Part shown: positions 9,212-17,912 of the stretch, one piece after another
How positions within the stretch are numbered: the first letter of the stretch is position 1
How the letters are laid out: each line of letters opens with the position of its first letter
Assembly: GCA_947176585.1 (NCBI GenBank)
Contig: CAMWRI010000001.1
Coordinates: 1-51,968 of the forward strand
Origin: an uncultured Porphyromonadaceae bacterium
Lineage (GTDB): Bacteria; Bacteroidota; Bacteroidia; Bacteroidales; Muribaculaceae
Length of the DNA: 51,968 nt
Direction: 5' to 3'
The notes under the pieces: model-generated
What the model saw: only the letters and a program-made list of their open reading frames with translations
What the model was told of the DNA's origin: nothing
Databases searched by the model: none
Position numbers and translations under genes: made by a program

Positions 9212-9967
9212 TTACTCAGCTGAATCTTTAGGCACGAGTTCGAAGAAACCGCTTATCTCTTGCTGGTCAAGAGCCTGGCGCACGTTATAGCGCTTAACCT
9301 GATCTTCGTAGCCTTTCTTCGATATCTTTATTTCTACGGTTACATTACGGGAGTTTTCATATGTGAGGCCGGGAATGCTGAAACCCTTTGTTTCCTCATA
9401 AGGTGTGTTGGTGAGGTAGGTTTCGTTGGTGTTTTTCACTTCGGCGGGATTGTTGGATATCACACGGTAGAACACGCGTGCTCCGCGGGGATCGGAGTCG
9501 AAATACCAGCGGATAACGGATTGCTCCATAGCCGTCTTCCCGGCGTGGTCGCGGCTCACACGTGCATCTGCCTGACCTGCCGGAATGGTGGGATCTTCTT
9601 TGTACACGCGGGCCAGCTCCTCTCTTTTGGCAGCTGCGGCCACTGCTTGCGGGTCTTTGTCGAGCTTTCCGTAAATTACAGGCGTTTTCTTAACGTCTTT
9701 TTTGTCAAGCGATACAATCACGGTTTTACTCTCGTAGCCGGGTTTCTCGAAGCGGAACAGCAGATTCTTATTGATCATCTTTTTGGCATCGAGTGAGATG
9801 ATCGCGGGTGTGGTCTGAGCCACAATCATGCCGTTGAGATACACTGTGGCACCTTCGGGATCTGATACCACGGTTGCCTCGAAGTCTTTAGCACTTGCAT
9901 TTATGGACGCTCCGGCGATGATGAGGATGCCCATTACCCATGAAAGGGTGTATCGTAAGATTTTCAT
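9212..9967 (-). CDS. Secreted PEGA-domain protein (two PEGA-like beta modules)
   Basis: Signal peptide ending ASA-K; VVSDPEGATVYLNG...TTP...FEKPGYE; C-terminal FDSDPRGARVF...TP...ISKKGYE. Confidence 0.8.
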   Translation of the reverse strand: MKILRYTLSWVMGILIIAGASINASAKDFEATVVSDPEGATVYLNGMIVAQTTPAIISLDAKKMINKNLLFRFEKPGYESKTVIVSLDKKDVKKTPVIYGKLDKDPQAVAAAAKREELARVYKEDPTIPAGQADARVSRDHAGKTAMEQSVIRWYFDSDPRGARVFYRVISNNPAEVKNTNETYLTNTPYEETKGFSIPGLTYENSRNVTVEIKISKKGYEDQVKRYNVRQALDQQEISGFFELVPKDSAE

Positions 9968-9979
9968 AAATATCAGTTT

Positions 9980-10900
9980 TTACTTTTCAACAAGTTCAAA
10001 GAAGCCGCTTATCTCTTGCTGGTCAAGAGCCTGGCGCACATTGTAGCGCTTAATCTGGTCCTCATAGCCTCTCTTCGTGACCTTTATTTCAATAACCACG
10101 TCGGCGGAATTCTCATATGTGAGGCCGGGAATGTTCAATGCTCGTGTTTCTTCAAGCGGGGTGGTCGTCATGTATGACTCGTTGGTGTTCTTCACCTGTT
10201 GGGGCGCGTTGGAAATCACTCGCCAGAAGATGCGGGCACCGCGGGGATCGGAGTCGAAGTACCAGCGTATTATCGGTGTGTTTGATGAGCTTGCATTAGT
10301 GCTAGCCACCGACGAAGCGGGTGCCGTTCCGGGATTGAATTCGGCAAGCACCACATCGTCAGAAACCTGCGGATATGGTGGCAGGTTGGTCTCTACCCTG
10401 AAATCATAAACCAGAGCCGGTACACCGTTTTCTATGAGCACAACGGCATATTCTCCGTTCTTGAGATCGCCAGCAGGTCTTAATTCGTATATTTCGTCGG
10501 TGATTTTACGTGTCATAATAGGCACGTCGTCGATATTGGTCTTGGAGCCTGTGTAAGCACCGGTCTTCATGTAGGGAAGCTCGCGGTTTTTCTTTTTAGC
10601 TTTCAGCGGCACGATTTTCCATGCCTGTACGGGAATGTTCTTGGGGTTGAAGATGTAGAAAGCCGTGGAGGTGCGGGGTAGGATGGTGCCGGAATAGCTG
10701 CCGTCGAGCAGAAGGCTCGTAGTGAGTTTTGCACCATAGGCTGCGAGCAGTGTTTTGCCGCCGGTCTTGTTGCCGGTCACAACAGCCCTCGTCAAAGGCG
10801 CGATATCTCCTTTCGCCGTGGGCACATAGATTTCTTGAGCGCTTGCAGTGAATGACATCGCGGCAAGAGTCATACACATCAAAATGAATCTGATCTTCAT
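9980..10900 (-). CDS. Secreted protein with an unknown N-terminal domain and a C-terminal PEGA-like domain paralogous to the next gene
   Basis: Probable start MKIRFILMCMTLAAMSFTASA-Q (signal peptide); Ser/Thr linker; IRWYFDSDPRGA...ISGFFELV domain. Confidence 0.78.
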   Translation of the reverse strand: MKIRFILMCMTLAAMSFTASAQEIYVPTAKGDIAPLTRAVVTGNKTGGKTLLAAYGAKLTTSLLLDGSYSGTILPRTSTAFYIFNPKNIPVQAWKIVPLKAKKKNRELPYMKTGAYTGSKTNIDDVPIMTRKITDEIYELRPAGDLKNGEYAVVLIENGVPALVYDFRVETNLPPYPQVSDDVVLAEFNPGTAPASSVASTNASSSNTPIIRWYFDSDPRGARIFWRVISNAPQQVKNTNESYMTTTPLEETRALNIPGLTYENSADVVIEIKVTKRGYEDQIKRYNVRQALDQQEISGFFELVEK

Positions 10901-11280
10901 GTGATTTAGATAAGATTTCGTGCCGCGGTCCTCCCCTCGTTGGCTGTGAATGGATATGAGAAAAGCGCAGGAGTCTGTATCTGTTGCCGTCCTACTAATC
11001 GAGGCTTCTCGCATTGCCCTATTCATGTCGGACGGCAACGCAGAAGCCCACGCCTGTATATGCAATAAATGCGTCCGGCTGCATTTCTCCCGAAACGCCG
11101 TGCCGAAGGCAAGATAATCACATATCCACGGGCATCTACCGTTGCTCAATCCTTGACATGAATATGAAATTTTGCGAGAATTCCGATTAGTCAAGAATCA
11201 GCGCGGATAAACGCTTCCTATGTATTTAGTTACATACCGCTCCACCTACCCCAAGACCGGGGCTCCTGCGTAGCGGTCTG
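10901..11280 (-). ncRNA. Candidate long structured 5' leader or large ncRNA
   Basis: Begins just after TACCTTTG (11293-11286). At least five stems visible by eye, including a perfect 10-bp inverted repeat at 10983-10992/11030-11039. Confidence 0.5.
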
Positions 11281-11285
11281 CACCG

Positions 11286-11293
11286 CAAAGGTA
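11286..11293 (-). promoter_or_regulatory. -7 promoter element for the leader and PEGA-like genes
   Basis: TACCTTTGCGG downstream of an AT-rich tract that follows the comEC stop. Confidence 0.7.
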
Positions 11294-11345
11294 CGGCATT
11301 TTATTGAATCGCGCAATATTTTTTTGATATTGCTGAAGAATTTCA

Positions 11346-12491
11346 TTACCCATCGGCCTGCGCTTGTGCGCCAGCACTGCTCTTTTTGTAGCCCAGGTAG
11401 ATGCGGAGGAGGATGATGGTTGCGATTGCGGTGGTGAAGGCGGCGGGAGTGACGGCCACGTCGGTCTGGAGGGCAAAGGCGGAGGCTGTACGGGCCATGA
11501 GGGCGTAGATGCCGTCCACCGCGGCGGCGATCCATCCGCAGGGGAGGCCAAGGGAGGAGAGAGCGACCAGTGCCAGCGCGAGGATGTAGAATGGAGTGAA
11601 GAGGATGCCGGCTATTATGTTGGCCGGCAGAAAGAGCAGTGGCAGTTTGCCGAATACGACCCCCACGATAGGTGCCGTGGCGAGAGTGGCGCCTATGGGC
11701 ACGGCCACTGCTGCGGCCAGTGCGTGCAGTCGCGGATTGTTGTCACGGTCGAATGGGTTAAGCACATCCGAAAAGGTCAGAATACCGGCCACGGCGGCAA
11801 ATGATAGCTGAAATCCCACATCGTAGATGGCCGCGGGACGCCACGCCAGTATCACGATAGCGGCCACGGCCAGGGAATTCCACGCCGAGGTATAGCGTCC
11901 GGAAAGGCCTGCTATGATAAGCAGCGAGCACATCACGGCGGCGCGCACAAGCGACGGCGACAGGCCGCCGAGCAATGCGAAGCTCCACACCGCTGCAAGC
12001 ACCAGCGCACCGCGCACGTGTCGCAGTCGTCGGTTCAGCAGCATGGGGCGGGTGAGCATCATCACCAGCATGGCCACGATTCCCACGTGGAAACCGCTCA
12101 GAGCCAGTATGTGGGCCAGGCCGGAGGCCCGGAAATCATCGCGCAGGGCATGGGGAAGCATAGCGCCGTCGGCCACCATCGTTGTAGTCACGAAAGCGGC
12201 GGCCTCGCCACTCAGCGGCGAGGCATAGACCGTAGACACAATCCCGCCCGCAGCGGGAGCCTTATATGGTTGCGGATCCGGCACGGTCAAGGCCAGAACC
12301 AGTCCTGCGAGGAGTGCCACCGGCGCCGCGGCGATGAATTTATAACCGCGCCATGCGCACAGCGCCACGCACGCCACAGCGGCCACTGCACCCGCTACCG
12401 TTGCCCATAGCGGAGCACCGGCCAGCAGTATGCCGCAGGCCAGTCCTAATGCCGCGGGCACGGCGGGGATGAGGCTCCAGGGCGCCCGCAT
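11346..12491 (-). CDS. comEC: ComEC/Rec2 family membrane protein (short form)
   Basis: FRASGLAHILALSGFHVG, SPSLVRAAVM, DVGFQLSFAAV, LPANII. Confidence 0.85.
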   Translation of the reverse strand: MRAPWSLIPAVPAALGLACGILLAGAPLWATVAGAVAAVACVALCAWRGYKFIAAAPVALLAGLVLALTVPDPQPYKAPAAGGIVSTVYASPLSGEAAAFVTTTMVADGAMLPHALRDDFRASGLAHILALSGFHVGIVAMLVMMLTRPMLLNRRLRHVRGALVLAAVWSFALLGGLSPSLVRAAVMCSLLIIAGLSGRYTSAWNSLAVAAIVILAWRPAAIYDVGFQLSFAAVAGILTFSDVLNPFDRDNNPRLHALAAAVAVPIGATLATAPIVGVVFGKLPLLFLPANIIAGILFTPFYILALALVALSSLGLPCGWIAAAVDGIYALMARTASAFALQTDVAVTPAAFTTAIATIILLRIYLGYKKSSAGAQAQADG

Positions 12492-12503
12492 GTCCGCTCA
12501 GGA

Positions 12504-13451
12504 TCAGGCTGCGTTAGGAATGGTGTTCAGCACCACCAGCAGCGAGCTCACACCTATCACTATCCACAGCAGCACGGCCAGAACCAGTGGCTTAACGCCC
12601 ACCTGGCGCACCGTTGCGAGCGATAGCGACGCACCTATCATGAACAGTGTCACCACCATGCCGCGGCGGGCCACCCACACCAGCGCTCCCGTGAGCCATT
12701 CTGGCAGCGGCAGATATGTATTGGCCACCATGGCCAGAATGAAGATGAAGATAAACCAGGGTATCGACACCTTGCCGGAGCCGTCGCGGAAGATAAACAT
12801 CGTCACGAGCGCGAGCGGGATAATCCATAGCGCGCGGGTGAGCTTGATGAGCGTGGCCACCTGCAGGGCCTGCTCGCCGTACACCTCGCCGGCACCCACC
12901 ACGCTCGACGTGTCGTGGATGGCTATTGCAGCCCACGTGCCGAACTGTTCCTGGCCCATGCCCAGCATGTGGCCGATGGGCGGAAAGACGAAGAGCGCCA
13001 CGGCGTTGAGGATGAAGATAACGCCCAGACTCACGGCCATTTCGTTTTCATTGGCCTTGATCACGGGCCCCACGGCGGCGATGGCGCTGCCGCCGCATAT
13101 GGCTGTGCCGCTGCTTATCAGGTAAGACGTCTTGCGGTTGATGTGCAGGGTGTAGCCCAGCATCACGCCCAGCGCCATAACCGAAACCACGCTCACGATG
13201 GTGAACAGCATGCCGTCGGCACCGCTGCGCAGCGATTCCTGAAGGTTCATGCCGAAGCCGAGGCACACCACGGCCACCTGCAGCAGATACTTTGAGCACT
13301 TTTTATTAAACTTGGGGAACGGATTCTTGCACGTGAAAGCAAAAATCAGACCCGCCAGCAGAGCCACGGGAGCCGTCACCACCGGGAGGCCCATAAGATT
13401 CCAGGGCACCAGAATAATGGCGATGAGGGCGATGTAGATGATTTTGTTCAT
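12504..13451 (-). CDS. YeiH/PSE-family putative sulfate exporter
   Basis: Start MNKIIYIAL; LISSGTAICGGSAIAAV, AIHDTSSVVGA, IKLTRALWI. Confidence 0.88.
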   Translation of the reverse strand: MNKIIYIALIAIILVPWNLMGLPVVTAPVALLAGLIFAFTCKNPFPKFNKKCSKYLLQVAVVCLGFGMNLQESLRSGADGMLFTIVSVVSVMALGVMLGYTLHINRKTSYLISSGTAICGGSAIAAVGPVIKANENEMAVSLGVIFILNAVALFVFPPIGHMLGMGQEQFGTWAAIAIHDTSSVVGAGEVYGEQALQVATLIKLTRALWIIPLALVTMFIFRDGSGKVSIPWFIFIFILAMVANTYLPLPEWLTGALVWVARRGMVVTLFMIGASLSLATVRQVGVKPLVLAVLLWIVIGVSSLLVVLNTIPNAA

Positions 13452-13471
13452 TATGATTGGTTTATTTATAA

Positions 13472-14227
13472 TCAGTTGGTGCTTGTGTTCCATATAATCC
13501 ACGAGGCCTCGGCCTGCAGGCGAAGCATCTCCAGACCGGAGCACACCGCGGCGCCGCGCTCTGCAGCAAGGCGCATGAACAATGTGGGGTCCGGGTTGTA
13601 AACCAGGTCGAAACATGCGTGGGCCGGCGAGATGGCGTCGTAGGGGATGGCGGGAGCTTCGTCAGCCTGCGGGAATGTGCCCAGAGGCGTGGCGTTCACC
13701 ACCAGCCCGTGTGCGGCCATCACCTCGGGCGTTAGATCGTCGTAGGTAAGCCGTCCTTTTCCGGGCGTGCGGCTCACGGGCTGCGGCTCTATATCCATGC
13801 GGCGGAGCGCTGCCGTCACGGCCAGCGACGCACCGCCGGTGCCCAGCACCAGTGCCCGCGCGGGCTTGGGTCGGCTTTCAATAAGGTGTCTGAGTGATGT
13901 GGCGAAAGCCGGCGCATCCGTGTTGTAGCCGCGCAGCGAGCCGTCGCTCTCCACGCGCACCACATTCACAGCTCCAACCCTCAGCGCACTCTCGTCCAGC
14001 GAGTGGAGCAGTGGCATCACCGCCTGCTTGTAGGGAATAGTCACGTTGAAGCCGCGCAGCGCCGGATGCTGCGCGAGCAAATCCGGCAGCCCGTCGATGC
14101 ACGGCAACTCGAAATTCAGATATTCCGCATCTATGCCCTCGCGCGCAAACTTATCCGTAAAATAAGCCCGCGAAAACGAGTGCCCTAGCCGTCGGCCAAG
14201 CAAGCCATATATCTGCGTCCGTGCCAT
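13472..14227 (-). CDS. aroE: Shikimate dehydrogenase
   Basis: Start MARTQIYGLLG; GHSFS, GFNVTIPYK, GAVN, GYNTD, LGTGGA, NATPLG, DLVYNP, GLEML. TAACTTTG lies at 14243-14236, 8 nt before the ATG. Confidence 0.92.
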   Translation of the reverse strand: MARTQIYGLLGRRLGHSFSRAYFTDKFAREGIDAEYLNFELPCIDGLPDLLAQHPALRGFNVTIPYKQAVMPLLHSLDESALRVGAVNVVRVESDGSLRGYNTDAPAFATSLRHLIESRPKPARALVLGTGGASLAVTAALRRMDIEPQPVSRTPGKGRLTYDDLTPEVMAAHGLVVNATPLGTFPQADEAPAIPYDAISPAHACFDLVYNPDPTLFMRLAAERGAAVCSGLEMLRLQAEASWIIWNTSTN

Positions 14228-14446
14228 TTCAGCCCCAAAGTTACGCCTTTTTCCCAATATGGCCAAATCGCCATCGGAGTTGCGCACATCAAGCCCGCTG
14301 ATAATCACCCGGAGAATGATAGCCCAGTAATCAACGAGCAGGTGCTGTCAGATGCACCACATTCAGGCTCCCTGTTTAAAATTGTGAGATTTTGGAGGTT
14401 TTTGCCCGAATAAATTTTGAGGAAAGAATTTTTGTAAGAAATCTTG

Positions 14447-14482
14447 TCGGACCAATCCGACTCGTCCGCCTTGTCCGACGCC
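14447..14482. repeat. Degenerate 9-bp tandem repeat (TCCGACnnG x4), copy 1
   Basis: tcggaccaa tccgactcg tccgccttg tccgacgcc. Confidence 0.6.
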
Positions 14483-14486
14483 GCCG

Positions 14487-15689
14487 TCACGCCCGGCTGA
14501 GGGCGCGGCGGGCGTGGCGGTTGAGGATGGCCTGGAGAATCACGGCACCTACGAAGTAGGCGGCGGCGAGGAACCAGAGCCATAGGTAGTTGTGGCTTTG
14601 CTCGGCCAGGGTGGCGCTGTTGGAGTTGATGTGCACGAATCCTTCTACGCCGGCGGTGGCGGGGACCACGCGGCTGAGGGCGTGGAGTGCATCGGGCATG
14701 GCGAACATGGGCCACGTGAGACCGCTCATGAACAGGAACACCACGGAGGTGAATACTATGTAGATGAAGGCATCTTCGCGCTCACGCATCATGTGGCTGA
14801 GCGTGAGGCCGAACATTGCCGAGGCCAGAAGCAGAGGCAGCGAGAATAGCAGCCACTGGATGGCATCGCCCTGATGGGGAAGCCGGAATATCACGGGCAC
14901 GTAGTGCAGGATGAAGAGTGTGGCCGGGATGTAGAAGAAGGTGTAGGCCAGTGCTTTGCCCAATACGGAAGCCGATGCGGGCGCGCGGTAGTCGTCGCGG
15001 TCGGTGATGTAGTCGCCGCGGCGTCGGCGGTCGGAGCGTGTGCCGGCTATGAGACATATGCCCAGCACCATGCTCTGCTGCAGGATGAGCACCACGATTC
15101 CGGGCATGATGAAGGATGCGAATCCTTGCTGCGTGTCGCCCAGGAAGTTGGTGTCCACCTCCACGGGCGATGCCGATATGAGTCCGTCGGCGCCCAGGGC
15201 GTCGATGCGGGCCTGGGTGATCTGCGAGCCGGTGGCGAGCTGCACGCTCGTTAGGGCCGAGAGAGCGGCGCGGTAGCGCAGCAGCAGGCTCATGTCGCAG
15301 AAGAATGTCACGTGTGCCTGTTCGTCGCGGCCTATGCTCGCGGCATAGTCGGCCGGTATTTCAAGCACGCCCACCACCTTCTGCTCGCTCCACCAGCGGC
15401 GGGCCTCGCCCATATCGGTGGCATAGTCGTAGAGCTCCAGCTCGGGGGTGGCGTCGGTCATGCGCACGAGTTCGCGGGATTGTGCGGTGCGGGAGTTGTC
15501 CACCACAGCCACGGGCAGATTTTCCACCACTTCGGGATTGTAGATTATGGTGTAGATGATGGGATAGGCCAGCGGGAGCACCACGAAGAACACGAGCACT
15601 CCTGCGTCGTGCGTGATGGTGTGCATTTCATGACGGAACGCCTTGGCCAGGCCGGCCCACCAGTTGTATATTGATTTCAGGGGATTCAT
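14487..15689 (-). CDS. ABC-2 family permease (YbhR/YbhS-like)
   Basis: Start MNPLKSIY; PVAVVDNSRTAQSRELVR; six TM segments; FMSGLTWP. Confidence 0.85.
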   Translation of the reverse strand: MNPLKSIYNWWAGLAKAFRHEMHTITHDAGVLVFFVVLPLAYPIIYTIIYNPEVVENLPVAVVDNSRTAQSRELVRMTDATPELELYDYATDMGEARRWWSEQKVVGVLEIPADYAASIGRDEQAHVTFFCDMSLLLRYRAALSALTSVQLATGSQITQARIDALGADGLISASPVEVDTNFLGDTQQGFASFIMPGIVVLILQQSMVLGICLIAGTRSDRRRRGDYITDRDDYRAPASASVLGKALAYTFFYIPATLFILHYVPVIFRLPHQGDAIQWLLFSLPLLLASAMFGLTLSHMMREREDAFIYIVFTSVVFLFMSGLTWPMFAMPDALHALSRVVPATAGVEGFVHINSNSATLAEQSHNYLWLWFLAAAYFVGAVILQAILNRHARRALSRA

Positions 15690-15702
15690 GGCGGGGAGGG
15701 GT

Positions 15703-16863
15703 TCAGGGGACATAGACGGGGCGCAGGCAGGCACGCTTGAGGCGGGGCAGAAGCACCCATCCAAGCAGCGGGAATGCCAGCAGGGCGGCGAAGTAGAAGC
15801 GCGAATAGTAGAGCGCGAGGCCGTTGAGTCCCTGGTTGCAGTAGATTAGGAAGTAGTAGCGCACGGGCAGGATGTAGCTGAAGATGCCCACCGAGCCGTA
15901 CATGCTGGCCACAGGAAAGGAGAAAGCGGCGATGGAGAAGGCAAGTATGCCCACCAGGGCAGCCACGCTCAGGGCCAGACGGCCGTTGGGCAGCACGCTC
16001 ACGAAGAACACCGCCAGGGCCTGCGAGGCAATCACCAGCAGCAGCATGGCCGCGGCTATGGTCCAGGCGCTGCAGTTGAGCGGGAAGTGGAAGAAGCCGT
16101 AGAGAAGCCCTTGCATTGCCAGGCCGGTGATGTAGAACACCACAGTCTGCGGCAGCAGCTTGCCCACCACCGCGCGCAGGATGGAACCGCGGGCCGTGGC
16201 CAGCCAGCGCACGGAGGTGCCCCACTTGATTTCCTGCGTGATGCTGTAGATGGTCACGAGCATCACCATGAGCTGCATCAGGGCCGACATGAACGAGGTA
16301 GTTAGGTAGTAGTTGTAGTTCATCCATGGGTTGCCTATGCCGTTGTTGTCGATGCTCACGGGCGACAGCAGGGCCATGGTGGCGTCGTCGGGCACGCCCA
16401 CGGCGGTGAGCTTCGTTTGCGCCAGCCCGGCGGTGGTGAGCACGGCGCCGGTCTTGAAGCCCTTGAACGAGAGGGTGCCGGGCACGAAGAAGCTCATATT
16501 GGTGAAGAGGCTCAGCGAGGGCTCCTTGCCGGCCACGGCATCGCGCTCGAAGTTCTCGGGAATGAGGAAGAAGCCGAACGATTCGCCGCGGCGCACCGAG
16601 GCCATTGCTTCTTCGAAGGAGTCGTAGCGATAGTCGATAGCCAGCACTTCCTCTGAATTGAGCATACGGGTGATCTTGCGCGACGAGGGGCTCAGGTCGA
16701 GATCCACGATGCCCACCGGTGTGCGCAGGGGCAGTCCGCGGTGCATCAGCCCCACGAAGAAGAGCGTGCACAGCAGGGGCACCAGCACCATCGCGTAGAC
16801 GTACATCTTGCGCGAGGTGATCTGAGCCACACCCAGCTTTAATGATTCAGTAAATGCCGACAT
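15703..16863 (-). CDS. ABC-2 family permease (YbhR/YbhS-like)
   Basis: PVGIVDLDLSPSSR, NPWMNYNYYL, FSFPVASM. Confidence 0.85.
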   Translation of the reverse strand: MSAFTESLKLGVAQITSRKMYVYAMVLVPLLCTLFFVGLMHRGLPLRTPVGIVDLDLSPSSRKITRMLNSEEVLAIDYRYDSFEEAMASVRRGESFGFFLIPENFERDAVAGKEPSLSLFTNMSFFVPGTLSFKGFKTGAVLTTAGLAQTKLTAVGVPDDATMALLSPVSIDNNGIGNPWMNYNYYLTTSFMSALMQLMVMLVTIYSITQEIKWGTSVRWLATARGSILRAVVGKLLPQTVVFYITGLAMQGLLYGFFHFPLNCSAWTIAAAMLLLVIASQALAVFFVSVLPNGRLALSVAALVGILAFSIAAFSFPVASMYGSVGIFSYILPVRYYFLIYCNQGLNGLALYYSRFYFAALLAFPLLGWVLLPRLKRACLRPVYVP

Positions 16864-16875
16864 TTTGTCCGAATT

Positions 16876-17889
16876 TTACTTGTTGTAGACGATAGACATT
16901 CCCGGACGCAGATTCTCCACTTTTTCTGTGGGGCGTGCCTTGATTTCGAACGTGCGGCTGTCCCAGCTGCCGGTGGTCTTGGTGGCGCGCCAGGTGGCAT
17001 AGGAGCCCATATCGCGGATATAGAATATCTCGGCGTCGATTTCTTTCTTGCCCAGAGCCGGAACCATCACGCGGATTTTCTTGCCCATGGTGAGGTCGTT
17101 GAGCAGTTCCTCCCGCACGTTGAACACTATGTAGCGGTCGTCGCTCTTGAGCACGCTCATGATGGGGGCTCCGAGCATCACCAGCTCGCCCGGCTGGGGA
17201 TACACCTGATCAATCACGCCGTCGCAGGGCGATGTCAGGAACGCATCGTCAAGCAGTGCCTGCACCTGATCCACATTGCCCGTGGCGGCCTCAACCATTG
17301 CTGCGGCGCTCTGCTTGTCCTCGCTCTGCGCGCCGGCCACGGCCAGGTCGTACTGGCTCTTGGCGGCATTTTCGCCTGCCACGGCGGCATCGTAGGCAGC
17401 CTTGGCCTCATCGCGTTTCTGCTCCGTGATCACACCCTCGTTGTAGAGGCGTTCCATGCGGTCGTAGGTCTTCTTGGTGATGGATGCGGCAGCCTTGGCC
17501 TGCTGCCACAGGTCGTAGGCGCCCTGCACGATCTGCTTGCGGGTGCCGGCGTCCACCTTGCGGTTCTGCTGGCGAGCCACGTCCTGCATGGCAAGTGCCT
17601 GCGTGAGTTGAGCCTCGGCCACGGAGGAATGGATGCGCACCAGGGTATCGCCTGCGTGCACCGTATCGCCTTCATGGGCGAAGAACTCTATCACGCGGCC
17701 CGGGAGTTTGCCCGAGATGCGCACGGTGGTGCCTTCCACCTGGCCCTCCACATATTCTGCGGGTTTGTTCATGAAACAGAAGCCTATCACGGCCACTACG
17801 GCCACTACGGCCAGGATTATAAGCACGGTCAGGAGCAGCGAGCGGTTGGCCCGGGCTTCGGCATTATTGTTGGTGTCGTTAGTTGACAT
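16876..17889 (-). CDS. HlyD-family membrane fusion protein
   Basis: N-terminal TM; ISGKLPGRV...EGDTVHAGD; coiled coil; SPCDGVI; LRPGMS. Confidence 0.9.
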   Translation of the reverse strand: MSTNDTNNNAEARANRSLLLTVLIILAVVAVVAVIGFCFMNKPAEYVEGQVEGTTVRISGKLPGRVIEFFAHEGDTVHAGDTLVRIHSSVAEAQLTQALAMQDVARQQNRKVDAGTRKQIVQGAYDLWQQAKAAASITKKTYDRMERLYNEGVITEQKRDEAKAAYDAAVAGENAAKSQYDLAVAGAQSEDKQSAAAMVEAATGNVDQVQALLDDAFLTSPCDGVIDQVYPQPGELVMLGAPIMSVLKSDDRYIVFNVREELLNDLTMGKKIRVMVPALGKKEIDAEIFYIRDMGSYATWRATKTTGSWDSRTFEIKARPTEKVENLRPGMSIVYNK

Positions 17890-17912
17890 GGCTATATGGT
17901 GTTGAATTTATA

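Noticed and set aside
9212-10280. Duplicated C-terminal region as a DGR template/variable repeat pair
   Set aside because: Both copies are coding, the mismatches are not adenine-specific and fall mostly at third positions, and there is no reverse transcriptase in the window.
10901-11194. 97-aa N-terminal extension of the 9980 ORF
   Set aside because: It starts at a TTG, has atypical composition and would bury a clear signal peptide at 10900. A translated leader is not formally excluded.
8962-11345. tRNA-integrated island carrying the PEGA-like genes
   Set aside because: The genes lie on the 5' side of the tRNA; I saw no duplicated tRNA 3' end (att site), integrase or transposase.
14244-14446. 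Intergenic hairpin GGTGC-N8-GCACC upstream of aroE as an ncRNA
   Set aside because: Only short stems, with no promoter or terminator bounding them; insufficient support.
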